Translations under genes and position numbers: made by a program | Part shown: positions 26,496-38,100 of the stretch, piece by piece | Position numbering within the stretch: position 1 is the stretch's first letter | Layout: the number at the start of each line of letters is the position of its first letter | Notes under the pieces: generated by a model | Seen by the model: only the letters and a program-made list of their open reading frames with translations | Database searches by the model: none | What the model was told of the DNA's origin: nothing | Source of the DNA: a virus | Taxonomy: Duplodnaviria; Caudoviricetes | DNA length: 64,000 bases | Reading direction: 5' to 3' (one strand) | IMG/VR virus record: IMGVR_UViG_3300000101_000005

Positions 26496-28264
26496 TGCCA
26501 ATTGAAAAGAGAACCAGATACAATACTCAAGCAGGAGGTACTTTAGGTTCTGGCGCTTATCTTGCACAGGTAATTGATGTACTTGATCCTACATTTAATG
26601 GTAGACTAAAAGTTTCGTTACTAAGAGATCAAGGTAACGCTGGTAACGTTGACGGACAAACATATCTTGTAAATTATGCATCTCCATTCTTCGGACACAC
26701 ACCATACGAAGCACTAGGAATGAACAAAGACGACTTTAAAGATACGCAACAAAGTTATGGTATGTGGGCAGTTCCACCAGATGTTGGTGTAACAGTTATG
26801 GTGATGTTTATTGAAGGTAATCCTGCATCAGGTTATTGGTTTGCATGTGTTCCTCCAAGGTTTGCAAATCACATGGTACCTGCTATTGGTGCAGCAGATA
26901 CTAGTCCAACCGAAGACGAAAGATCATCATTAGCAGCTTTGTCAGCTGAAGAAAAGAAAAAGTTCAATACAAAAATGCCTTTGCCAGTTGGTGAAATTAA
27001 CAAACGAATAAACGGTTCTCCAGATGGCGAAAACGAAATTGATGCTGAAAAGATTCCAAAGCCTGTACATCCTATAACAGATAGATTTTTCTTCCAAGGA
27101 TTATTAGAAGATGATGTAAGAGGGGTTACTACTACATCTAGTAGACGTAACAATCCTAATGCAGTATTTGGTATTAGTACTCCAGGACCTTTAGACTACG
27201 GTCCAAACGGTAAACGTATGAGGCGCGGCACAAAAGAAAATTTAAGTGTTGAAGTTCCTGTTACACGATTAGGCGGAACACAGTTTGTTATGGACGATGG
27301 TGATGATCGTTACATTAGAAAATCTGCTCCACAAGATGGACCAGTGGAATATGTTGAAGCATCAGATGCAAAGACCAGTGTAGGTTTACTTGACTTACCA
27401 TATAATGAGTACACAAGACTTAGAACAAGAACAGGCCATCAACTTCTTTTACATAATTCAGAAGATTTAATTTATATTGGTAACTCAAAAGGAACAGCAT
27501 GGGTTGAATTAACATCTAACGGTAAAGTAGATGTGTTTGCAAATGACAGTGTGAGCGTTCACTCAATGAGCGATGTTAATATTAAAGCAGATAGAGATAT
27601 CAACATGGAAGCAGGACGTAATATAAACATCAAAGCAACTGCTGAATACCAAGCACCTGATAGTTTACATCAAAATGCAAAAATTGAAGATGCTCTTAAA
27701 CAAGAGAATGGTAGAGTACAAATAGAAAGTGCATTTAACACTAACATATTAATTGGTGCTAACGGAAGAATTGAAACAAGAACTTATAACAATGCAGATG
27801 ATCTGCCTATTGCCGGAGACTTAGATATTTCAGTCGCTGGTAATCACAGACACTATGTTGGCGGAACTACTGATATTCAAACAATTGGTGATAGATCAGA
27901 TACACAAGCAAACTGGGATATCAATACAGGCGGTTACAATTATTTAACATCAGGCGCTAATACAGAAGTTGCAGCAGGCGGAGACATTATTATGTCAGCA
28001 AGTCCTAACATACACTTTAATGGTCCAGCAGCAACAGGAGCAGCACAGGCTGACACAGCATTAACAATTACAGATTTAATTAAATACGATAACCCATTAG
28101 TAAACCCATTGAAAGACTGGGCAACTACAAAATGGCAAGATGGAACAATATCATCTATCATGAGGCGTATTCCAATGCACGAACCGTGGTTATTGCATGA
28201 AAACCAAGCACCTCAGTTTGTTACAGCACTAGCAACAGATAGAGAGGAGAAACAAAATGGCTAA
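26495..28264 (+). CDS. Baseplate central spike, gp5/VgrG-like
   Basis: 589 aa; OB-fold AQVIDVLDPTFNGRLKV...PPDVGVTVMVMF, RLRTRTGHQLLL, beta-helix repeats, C-terminal His-rich RIPMHEPWLLHE. Confidence 0.8.
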   Translation: MPIEKRTRYNTQAGGTLGSGAYLAQVIDVLDPTFNGRLKVSLLRDQGNAGNVDGQTYLVNYASPFFGHTPYEALGMNKDDFKDTQQSYGMWAVPPDVGVTVMVMFIEGNPASGYWFACVPPRFANHMVPAIGAADTSPTEDERSSLAALSAEEKKKFNTKMPLPVGEINKRINGSPDGENEIDAEKIPKPVHPITDRFFFQGLLEDDVRGVTTTSSRRNNPNAVFGISTPGPLDYGPNGKRMRRGTKENLSVEVPVTRLGGTQFVMDDGDDRYIRKSAPQDGPVEYVEASDAKTSVGLLDLPYNEYTRLRTRTGHQLLLHNSEDLIYIGNSKGTAWVELTSNGKVDVFANDSVSVHSMSDVNIKADRDINMEAGRNINIKATAEYQAPDSLHQNAKIEDALKQENGRVQIESAFNTNILIGANGRIETRTYNNADDLPIAGDLDISVAGNHRHYVGGTTDIQTIGDRSDTQANWDINTGGYNYLTSGANTEVAAGGDIIMSASPNIHFNGPAATGAAQADTALTITDLIKYDNPLVNPLKDWATTKWQDGTISSIMRRIPMHEPWLLHENQAPQFVTALATDREEKQNG

Positions 28265-28694
28265 GTTATACAATCAAAAAACTGTATCAGTAAACCAAGC
28301 ATCAGCAGGGCAAGTAGGCGCAACAAGTTATGCGTATAAAGGATTTAGTTCAGCGAATTCAGTTGATAACTTTAAGCTGTATGATATAGATTTAGTAAAA
28401 CAAGATATTATCAATCACTTTTATATTAGAAAAGGTGAAAAATTAGAAAATCCAAACTTCGGAACTATTATTTGGGATATGATTTTTGAGAACTTTACAC
28501 CACAAGTTAAAGAAATGATTGCTAAAGATGTACAAGATATTATTAATTATGACCCAAGAATACAGGTAAACGCTGTAGGAGTAGATAGCACCGAACAAGG
28601 AATTAGAATCGAAGCCGATGTAACATATATACCGTTCAATGTTAGCGAGAGAATGAAGTTTAATTTCGACAGAGATAACTCCGTTATAAACTGA
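28257..28694 (+). CDS. gp25: Baseplate wedge/sheath initiator, gp25-like
   Basis: 145 aa; KGEKLENPNFGT...INYDPRI. Confidence 0.85.
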   Translation: MAKLYNQKTVSVNQASAGQVGATSYAYKGFSSANSVDNFKLYDIDLVKQDIINHFYIRKGEKLENPNFGTIIWDMIFENFTPQVKEMIAKDVQDIINYDPRIQVNAVGVDSTEQGIRIEADVTYIPFNVSERMKFNFDRDNSVIN

Positions 28695-28712
28695 TCATAT
28701 TACATACATGGG

Positions 28713-28718
28713 TAAATA
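28713..28718 (+). promoter_or_regulatory. gp55-type late promoter (TAAATA)
   Basis: GGTAAATAC upstream of the gp6-like gene. Confidence 0.7.
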
Positions 28719-28735
28719 CAGTATAGGAACCAATA

Positions 28736-31700
28736 ATGAGCACAACGTCAAGACAAAATAATTTATTACTTAACGAAGACTGGACACGTATATACCAGAC
28801 TTTCGCTAATGCTGATTTCAAATCTTATGATTTTGAGAATCTAAGACGTGTAATCATCACTTATCTAAGAGAAAACTATCCAGAAGATTTTAACGATTAT
28901 ATTGAAAGCTCAGAGTACCTTGCACTAATTGACGCTATTGCGTTTTTAGGACAAAGTTTATCCTTCCGTATTGATTTAGCAAGTAGAGAAAACTTTATTG
29001 AACTTGCTGAACGTAAAGAAAGTGTACTGCGTATTGCTAAAATGCTTAGTTACAATGCAAAGCGTAACTTACCAGCCAAAGGCTTACTTAAATTTACATC
29101 AGTTTCGACTACAGAACAGTTAGTTGACAGTAATGGACGTAACCTAGCAAGTCAAACAGTTAAATGGAACGATCCAACTAATACAAACTGGGCAGAACAG
29201 TTTGTTTTACTTCTTGATGCTGCTATGTCTGATAACACAAAGTTTGGTAGAAGTCAAGGAACAGATATTATTCAAAGTATTCCAACAGAACAATACAGGT
29301 TTAGAACTGCTAGTACTGATGTGCCAATGTTTACTTTTTCAAAAACTGTTGCAGGTAGACAAATGGTGTTTGAAATTTTAAGCACAACATTTAAAGGCGC
29401 AGAAGAAATTTACGAAGAAGCACCTACACCAGGTAATCAACTAGGATTTCTTTACAGACAAGATAATAAAGGGCCAGCAAGTCCTAACACAGGATTTTTT
29501 ATGCACTTCAAACAGGGTTCTTTGGAGTTAGCAGACTTTACAATTGATGCACCATCAACAAATGAAAAAGTTGCAGTTGATGCAAAAGGAATTAACAACG
29601 ATGATGTTTGGTTGTTTGAATTACTTGCAAACGGAAGCCAAGCCCAAGAGTGGACAAAGGTATCAAGCCTTGTAGGAAACAATATTGCTTACAATAGTTT
29701 GACAGGAGATATCAGAAATATTTACGGTGTAGAAACTAAACAAACTGATATGATTGATTTAACTTTTGCTGACGGAGTGTATGGTAACTTACCTAAAGGC
29801 TCTTTTAGAACTTACTATAGAATTAGTAATGGATTAAGTTATACAATTTCACCTGGTGAAATGAAAAACGTTAACATCTCAGTTGAGTATATTAACCAAG
29901 CAGGCATTGCACATACATTAACAATTGGAATGGCATTGCAGTCAACTGTTGCAACAGCAACTCCTACAGAGTCAGTTGCATCTATCAAAAAGAATGCACC
30001 TGCAAATTATTATACACAAAATAGAATGATTACTGGTGAAGATTACAATCTTGCACCACTAGCAACTTCACAAAACATTTTAAAAGTAAAAGCATCAAAT
30101 AGAACATCGAGTGGTTTATCACGTAACTTTGATCTTATTGATGCAAGTGGAAAATATAGCTCTGTTAACGTATTTGGTACAGACGGTTATATGTATAAAG
30201 AAGAAGATGAAAAGTCACTTTCTTTTAAATTTACAAACAGATCAGACATCATTAACTTTATTAAACAAAAAGTAGAAGGTGTTTTTACAGAAACAGATGT
30301 TTACAATTTTTACTTTACAAAATACGATAGCATTTTATTTACAAGCGATAATATTGTATGGAATGCATCTACAAACGGTATTAATCAAGGTACTGGTTAC
30401 TTTACAAACAAAGTTGATTTATCACTACTTAAGGTAGGCACGTATTCTACTAATAACTTAAAGTATATTACAGCAGGAGCAAATGTTAAATTTACTTCAC
30501 CAACAGGACAGTCATTTAAAGACGGAGTATTAGTAACAACTGATGCAACAGATACATCACAGAAAAGTTTTATATGGACAAAAGTTATTAGTGTTGCAGG
30601 TGACGGAACAAATGCAGGAACAGGAGCCAATGCAAAAGGTATTGGACCTATTGTGTTTAATGATAATGTGCCTTCAGGTGCAGTTGCTTCAAGAATTGTT
30701 CCTAAGTTTGTAACAGATCTTTCAGATGCACTTGAATCGTCAATGGTTAATCAAGCCTTTGCAAATCTAAACTTTGGGTTGAGATATGACGATAAAGAAT
30801 CAAGCTGGAAAATTATTCAAAATCAAAACTTAGACTTAACTTCACCATTTGCTTTAGGTAAATCAGGTGACATAACAAATAATAACTTAGACAGTTCTTG
30901 GATTATGGCATTTGTAAAAGACAATGATCAATATATTGTACGAACCCGCACACTTAACTATGTGTTTGGTAGTAAAAAACAAAATAGATTTTACTTTGAT
31001 AAAAGCGAGAAAGCATATAACAGTTTAACAGGTAAGGTTGAAAAAGATGTTGTAAATATTTTAGGTATTAATTCTAAAAATGTTGGCACAGGATCTTTAG
31101 TACAAGATTACCCATTTGAAGTTGCAGATGTAATTAAGTTTGACGACGGTTATGAAAGTACAAAAGAAGTTAGATTAGGTTTTAGAGATTCAGACGCAGA
31201 CGGTGTTATTGATAATCCAGAATCGTTTGTTAGTGTTGTTGGCGAAGATCTTGATTTAAAATATCTTTTCTTTAAATCAGAGAAAGATAATTATGGTACA
31301 ACAGTATATAACTTAGTCGACCCAGCAGTAACTCCTATATTAGTAATTGAAAAAGAGTCATTGGTTAATGTTAACAATTATACAAACGGACAGTTAATAT
31401 ACTTTTACGATAGTGCAGAAAATAGAGTTAAGCGAGTTGATTCAACAACGAATACACTTGTATTAGAACCTACATACAGAGCAAATATTGGTAGAGATAA
31501 TATTAAGTTTCAATATACACATTCAGCTAGTGAAGATAGAAGAATTGATCCTAGTGTAACAAACATTATTGACCTTTATCTTCTAACTAGATCTTATGAT
31601 ACAGAATTTAGAAATTATCTAGCAGGTGCTCGTATAACAGAGCCAACTGCACCAACAAATGACGAACTTAGAGTAACTTTTGGTACAGGTCTAAACGCTA

Positions 31701-32137
31701 TTAAGTCTATCAGTGACGAAGTTGTTTACCATCCTGTGAAGTACAAAGTGTTGTTTGGCAGTACTGCTGATACTAAGTTACAAGCTCAGTTTAAAGTTGT
31801 TAAGAATCCTACAAGAAACCTTAACAATAATGATTTAAAAGTAAGAATCGTAACAGCAATGAATCAATTCTTTGACGTTAATAATTGGGACTTTGGAGAC
31901 AGATTCTATCTAAGCGAACTATCGACTTATATATTAAATGTAGTTTCGCCTGATATATCAAATCTTGTTATATTGCCAAGACAGACATCACAGGCATTTG
32001 GTAGCCTGTTTGAAATACAAAGTAAACCAGACGAAATTTTTGTTAGTGGTGCCACTGTTGATGACATAGAGATTGTATCTTCTATCACGGCTGCCGAAAT
32101 TGGTGCAGCAGGTAGTTCAATAGTGAGTGACACATAA
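28736..32137 (+). CDS. gp6: Baseplate wedge protein, gp6-like
   Basis: 1133 aa; DFKSYDFENLR, ENFIELAERKESVLRIAKMLSY, FADGVYGNLP, ESVASIKKNAP...QNRMITGEDY. Confidence 0.85.
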   Translation: MSTTSRQNNLLLNEDWTRIYQTFANADFKSYDFENLRRVIITYLRENYPEDFNDYIESSEYLALIDAIAFLGQSLSFRIDLASRENFIELAERKESVLRIAKMLSYNAKRNLPAKGLLKFTSVSTTEQLVDSNGRNLASQTVKWNDPTNTNWAEQFVLLLDAAMSDNTKFGRSQGTDIIQSIPTEQYRFRTASTDVPMFTFSKTVAGRQMVFEILSTTFKGAEEIYEEAPTPGNQLGFLYRQDNKGPASPNTGFFMHFKQGSLELADFTIDAPSTNEKVAVDAKGINNDDVWLFELLANGSQAQEWTKVSSLVGNNIAYNSLTGDIRNIYGVETKQTDMIDLTFADGVYGNLPKGSFRTYYRISNGLSYTISPGEMKNVNISVEYINQAGIAHTLTIGMALQSTVATATPTESVASIKKNAPANYYTQNRMITGEDYNLAPLATSQNILKVKASNRTSSGLSRNFDLIDASGKYSSVNVFGTDGYMYKEEDEKSLSFKFTNRSDIINFIKQKVEGVFTETDVYNFYFTKYDSILFTSDNIVWNASTNGINQGTGYFTNKVDLSLLKVGTYSTNNLKYITAGANVKFTSPTGQSFKDGVLVTTDATDTSQKSFIWTKVISVAGDGTNAGTGANAKGIGPIVFNDNVPSGAVASRIVPKFVTDLSDALESSMVNQAFANLNFGLRYDDKESSWKIIQNQNLDLTSPFALGKSGDITNNNLDSSWIMAFVKDNDQYIVRTRTLNYVFGSKKQNRFYFDKSEKAYNSLTGKVEKDVVNILGINSKNVGTGSLVQDYPFEVADVIKFDDGYESTKEVRLGFRDSDADGVIDNPESFVSVVGEDLDLKYLFFKSEKDNYGTTVYNLVDPAVTPILVIEKESLVNVNNYTNGQLIYFYDSAENRVKRVDSTTNTLVLEPTYRANIGRDNIKFQYTHSASEDRRIDPSVTNIIDLYLLTRSYDTEFRNYLAGARITEPTAPTNDELRVTFGTGLNAIKSISDEVVYHPVKYKVLFGSTADTKLQAQFKVVKNPTRNLNNNDLKVRIVTAMNQFFDVNNWDFGDRFYLSELSTYILNVVSPDISNLVILPRQTSQAFGSLFEIQSKPDEIFVSGATVDDIEIVSSITAAEIGAAGSSIVSDT

Positions 32138-35100
32138 TGGCTGATAACAAAAAGTTTCCTAACAGTGAAATACCTATTAGAAAAAGTAAAGACTTATTAC
32201 CTACTGTCTTTCAAACACCAGCCAATGATAAATTTTTATCAGGTGTACTTGATCCACTAGTTCAACCAGGTGTTGTTGATAAAACTGTAGGTTACATTGG
32301 TAAGCGTTACGGAAAAACATTTACTGGTAATGACGTTTATCTTGATACAGATCAAACACTAAGAAGTCGCTACCAACTTGAGCCAGCGGTTACTGTTGAA
32401 GAAAACCGAGAAATTAAAAAGTTTAAAGATTATATTGATCTTAAAAGCATGATCGAATTTTTTGGTAATGCTAATGAGAGAGATGATAAAACTACAGAGC
32501 AAGAACACTACAGTTGGAACCCGCCTATTGTATGGGACAAGTTTGTTAACTACAGAGAATATTATTGGATCCCTGGAGGCACACCGTCTATAGATGTATA
32601 TGGACAAGCAGCAAATATCCAAAGCACATATAAAGTTGGAACAGGAATAAACAGTTGGCTAGTTACACCAGATAGCGTAACTAATAATCCTGACATTATT
32701 TTATATAGAGGACAAGAATATAAGTTTGAAATTAATTCTCCTGAAGAAGGCTTCTATATTAGAAACAATTACGATACAGGTTCACTAGAATTTAATACTA
32801 ATAAAGCATACTTTCCAGGCGAACTAGCAGTATTCAATAAGCAACTTTGGAAGTGTGTTAATGAAACTAGTCCATTAGACGGAAGTAGTATTACAATTGA
32901 TTCACAGGATTGGAAATTAGTTTCAAATGATGCTGGCTTTGCATCACTACTATATAGAGACGGAGTAGAAGGTAACGGTACTAAAGTAGGAACAGTTACA
33001 TTTAAAGTTCCACAAAATTCTCCGGATATTTTATATTATCAAAGTGATGTTTCTCCTAACAGACTAGGTAGATTCATTATTTCAGATATTGACTCAAATA
33101 CTTTTATTAATGTTGATAAAGAAATTGTAGGTAAAAAAGATTATACAACAGCAGACGGACTTGAATTTACAAACGGATTAGTTGTAGAGTTTAGAGGACA
33201 AGTACAGCCGTCTAAATATGCAGAAGGACAGTGGTTAATTGAAGGTGTAGGAAACGAAATTACATTAATTAGATTTGCTGACTTAGTACCACCACCGTTA
33301 GATACAGATTCTCCTGACATACTATTTGACAATCAAGGATTTGATACACAGCCGTTTGACGATGCATCACAGTATCCTGGTAATAAAGATTACATTACAA
33401 TTTCTAGAAACAGCAAAGACTCAAACCCATGGTCTAGGTATAATAGATGGTTCCACAGAACTGTTTTAGAATCAGCTTTTAAACTTAGAAATCAAGACTT
33501 TGATTCATTAGAATCAGCAAGAGCTAAAAGACCTATTATTGAATTCCTTCCTGATATACAATTATATAATCATGGTGGAATTGCAAAACAAACAGTTGAC
33601 TATGTAGATACATTTACAGATGATGTATTTTCTAAAGTTGAAGGTTCACAGGGTTATAACATTGACGGTGAGTTTTTGTTTGAAGGCGCAAGAGTTCTAG
33701 TTATTGCAGATACAGACAGTCTTGCAAACAATAGAATTTATGAAGTAAAGTTTGTAAAACACAACAATACAACACAGATTAATTTAAAAGAAACTGCTGA
33801 TACACTATCAGCATTTAACGAAGGTGTATTAGTAAGACGAGGTACAGTTAACTCTGGTAAGATGTATCATTATGATGGTACAACTTGGAAACTTAGTCAA
33901 GAAAAAATTGCTACTAACCAAGCACCTAAATTTGAATTATATGATTCTACAGGTGTTGCATTCTCAAACGAAACTACATACCCTGTATCAAGTTTTGTTG
34001 GTAGCAACCTTTTAGGTTATAAGGTTGGCAGCGGAGTTGTAGATACAGAATTAGGATTTGCATTAACGTATGCAAACATTAATAATGTAGGCGACATTGT
34101 ATTTGATTGGAGTTTCGAAACAGAAAAATTTACTTACACATTGTTGCAAAAACAATATAGTAAAAATACCAACACAGGTTTTTATAAAATTAATGGAGTA
34201 TATGCTAACGGTTGGATAGCAACTGATAAAACTTACATACAACCAATTATTGATCAGTATACATTTAATACATCAGATTCGATAGGAATATTTAATACTG
34301 TTGAATGGGAAACACTTCCAAGCAATGCACTAATTAATTTTTATCTAAACGGTGAGTATATTAGTAACACATATACTAGAAGCGCAAATCAATTTACGTT
34401 TGATAGAACGTTCAGTATAAATGATGTACTAACTGTAAAAGTAGTTGCAGCAGTTAAACCTGATCAAGGTTACTATCAGATACCAGCAGGTTTAGAAAAA
34501 AATCCTCTCAACGAACAGTTAAAAACATTCACACTAGGACAGGCAACTGACCATTTAAAATCATCTCTTGAATTTGATAGGAGAGTTATAGGATCTGTTC
34601 CAGGAGTTTCAAACCTAAGAGATGTAGACGGTTATCAGAAACACTCAACAAGATTCATGAAGCACTCAGGCTTCGCAGCAGTTTCTACGTTACTAGTTAA
34701 TGACAAAGATGTTAACATTGTAAAGTCTCTTAGATATGCTAAGTCTGCATACACAATTTTTAAACAAAACATTATTAAGAAAGCAATCGAAGTTGAATTC
34801 AATGAAAACACTTCAGACTTTTTAGATAATATTATAGAAAATATTACAAAAACTAAAACTATTGAGAGTCCTTTTGCAGACTCAGATATGATAGGTGCTG
34901 GAGCATTTACTAAAACTGATTATGTTGTTGATGATCCAGGTATTAAGAATTTTACACTTAATGAAAACTTTGACTTAACAACATTAAGTAGAAAAGCAGC
35001 ATATGTTTACCTTAACGATGTACAACTTATTGTTGGAAAAGATTACGAAGTTAACGGTGCATTAGGCTTTATTACAATTAAAGGAACTCTTGTACCAGGT

Positions 35101-38100
35101 GATAGACTTGAAATAAGAGAGTATGTGTCAACAGCATTTAGTCATGTACCACCGACTCCTAGCTCATTAGGTCTTTATCCTAAGTACGAGCCTACAAAAT
35201 ATTTAGATGATACTTATAGAGTACCTAAAGATATAATACAAGGACATGATGGTAGTAAAACTACAGCATATGGTGATTACAGAGATGACCTACTTTTAGA
35301 ATTTGAAAAACGTGTTTTTAATAACATTAAACAAGAATATGACCCTGCAATTTTTGATGTACAGAAAGCGTTAGGTGGATATTACGGTAACAGTACATTT
35401 ACAAAAGAAGAACTAGATAATGTAATTAACCAAGAGTTTCTATCTTGGGTACAGAATACTAACCTAGGTTATACAACAAATGATTATTTTGTAGATACAG
35501 AACCATTTACATATACATATTCTAATATGACTGATCCTACAGGCAAAGAAAACTTGCCTGGATACTGGAGAGGAGTTTACAAATACTTCTACGATACTGA
35601 TAGGCCCCATACACACCCTTGGGAGATGTTAGGCTTTAGTATTAAACCTAGTTGGTTCGATACAGAATATGGTGTCGCTCCTTATACAAACGGTAACTTA
35701 GTATTGTGGGAAGATATTGCTCAAGGTAAAATTGCTCAAGGTACACGAGCAGGCATATATCCAAGATACGCTAGAACAACTATTTTAAATCATATCCCTT
35801 GTGACTGTGATGGTAAACTTGTTGATCCTTTAACATCAGGTCTTGCTGGAAACTTTCAGCTTGTTAATAACAGAGGACCATTTAAGTTAGGTGATGATAG
35901 TCCGGTTGAGAATGCATGGAAAACTAGTTCAGAATATCCTTTTGCAATAACAACAGCATTAGCATTATTAAAACCATTTGATTATTTGGTACTAAACTTT
36001 GATAGATCTGTAACTAAAAGAAACATTATTAATCAATTAGTAAACGTAACGTCGGACACATTTTTAAAGCCAACAGACTTAAAATTTCCTGTAGCAGGAA
36101 CAACACAAGTTGCAGGACTTGCAATGTACATTGCTTCTTATATTAAGTCTAAGGGTGCTTCTGTTGCTGAAGCACAAAAGAACATTGATAATATCAATGT
36201 TAGACTAAGTTCAAGAGTAAGCGGGTTTGTTGATAAACAACAGCAGAAGTATTTGCTTGATAGTAAAAATCCAAGTTCAGCAAGTGCAAGTGTGTTTATT
36301 CCACCGGAAAATTACGACATTATCTTTAATGTAAGTTCGCCAATTAGCTCAGTAACTTATAGTGGTATTATCTTTGAGAAAACTACGCAAGGTTGGGTAG
36401 TTAATGGGTACGATGATATTAATCCGTACTTTAACACATTCGAAACATTCCCACAACAAAAAGATCCTGTTATATCAGTTGCAGGAACTTCAGAACCTTT
36501 TGCAACATGGGAACAAGAAAAAAGATTTAATAACGGCGGCATTATTCAGTATAGAGGAACATTCTATAGAGCAACAGCTACATTTACTTCTGGAGAAACA
36601 TTTGATAAAAGTAACTTAGTACAGTTGCCTGACTTGCCAGTTGCGAATGCTGTTACTGCTCAACAACGTAGAAACTTCAATAGTTTTAAAGTTAAGAAAG
36701 TTAGTTACGGAACAGAGTTTAATAAAGTACAAGACGTAGTTGATTTCTTGTTAGGATATCAAGCACACTTAAAAAGCCTAGGTTTTGACTTTGCAAACTA
36801 CGATGGTACTAATCAAGTAGTACAAGATTTTGTAACAGCATCAAAAGAATTTATGTATTGGACAGTTCATAACTGGGCAGTAGGTTCTGTATTATCAGTT
36901 AGTCCGGGTGCATCAAACATGGACGTTAAACTAGCAGTTGGGGTTGCTGATAACTTGCTAGATAGTTTTTATGACTACAGTGTTTTAAAAGCAGACGGGT
37001 CAGCAATAGATCCTAAGTTTATAAATGTTTCAAGATCTTTCCAAAATATTTCAATTAGCACAACAAATACAACTGAAGGTATCTACTTACTAAAACTAAA
37101 TTATGTTTTAAAAGAACACGTTGTTGTGTTCGACGATAAAACAGTTTTTAATGATACTATCTTTGACAAAGCAACAGGTTATAGACAAGAAAGAATTAAA
37201 GCTCAAGGATTCAGAACAACAGATTGGGACGGTGATTATACTAGCCCAGGGTTCTTATTTGATAATGTATCATTTGACACTTGGACACCTTACTACGATT
37301 ATAAGTTAGGCGACATTGTATCCTACAGAGCATACAAATATACTGCAAAAGGTAACCACACTAGTGAAGAAGAGTTTAATGATAATAATTGGACACAGCT
37401 AGATTCAACACCTGAGAAACAACTTGTTCCTAACTTCGATTATAGAATTAATCAAATTGAAGATTACTTTGATGTAGCGTCTGAAGGATTAGGAAAGAGC
37501 CAAAGAGATCTTGCAAGACATACTGTAGGGTATCAAAGCAGAACATATTTAGAAAACTTATCTGAAGATCCAACAACACAATTTAAATTGTATCAAGGAT
37601 TTATTAGAGAAAAAGGTACGCCTAATGCAATTACTAAATTGTTTACAAAACTAGGTGACAATACTTCTACTGCGGCTGTTGACTTAAATGAGGAGTGGGG
37701 TTTTAGATTAGGACGGATAGGAGGTGTTGATCAGTCAGAAAGACTTGAAATTAGATTAGACACTGACAAGTTTAAATTAAATCCTCAACCAGTATTAGTT
37801 GAAGCATCAGCACAAGATAAAGTCGATAGATATTATAGAGTTGATTCTACTAACTTTGAATTTGGTCCTACACCATTTACAACAGCAATCAATCCTGTTA
37901 GTTATGACTCTACTCCTGTTCTAACAGCAGGGTATGTAGCAGTAGGACAAACAGATGCTACAGTTACAAACAGAGATGAAATATTAAATCTTGCAATTAC
38001 TACTATTAGCGATAACGATCATATATGGGTTACATTCGATGGACCTTCGTGGACTGTGCTTAGAGCTAATACAGTTTACGATTTAAAAATTACAAACGTA

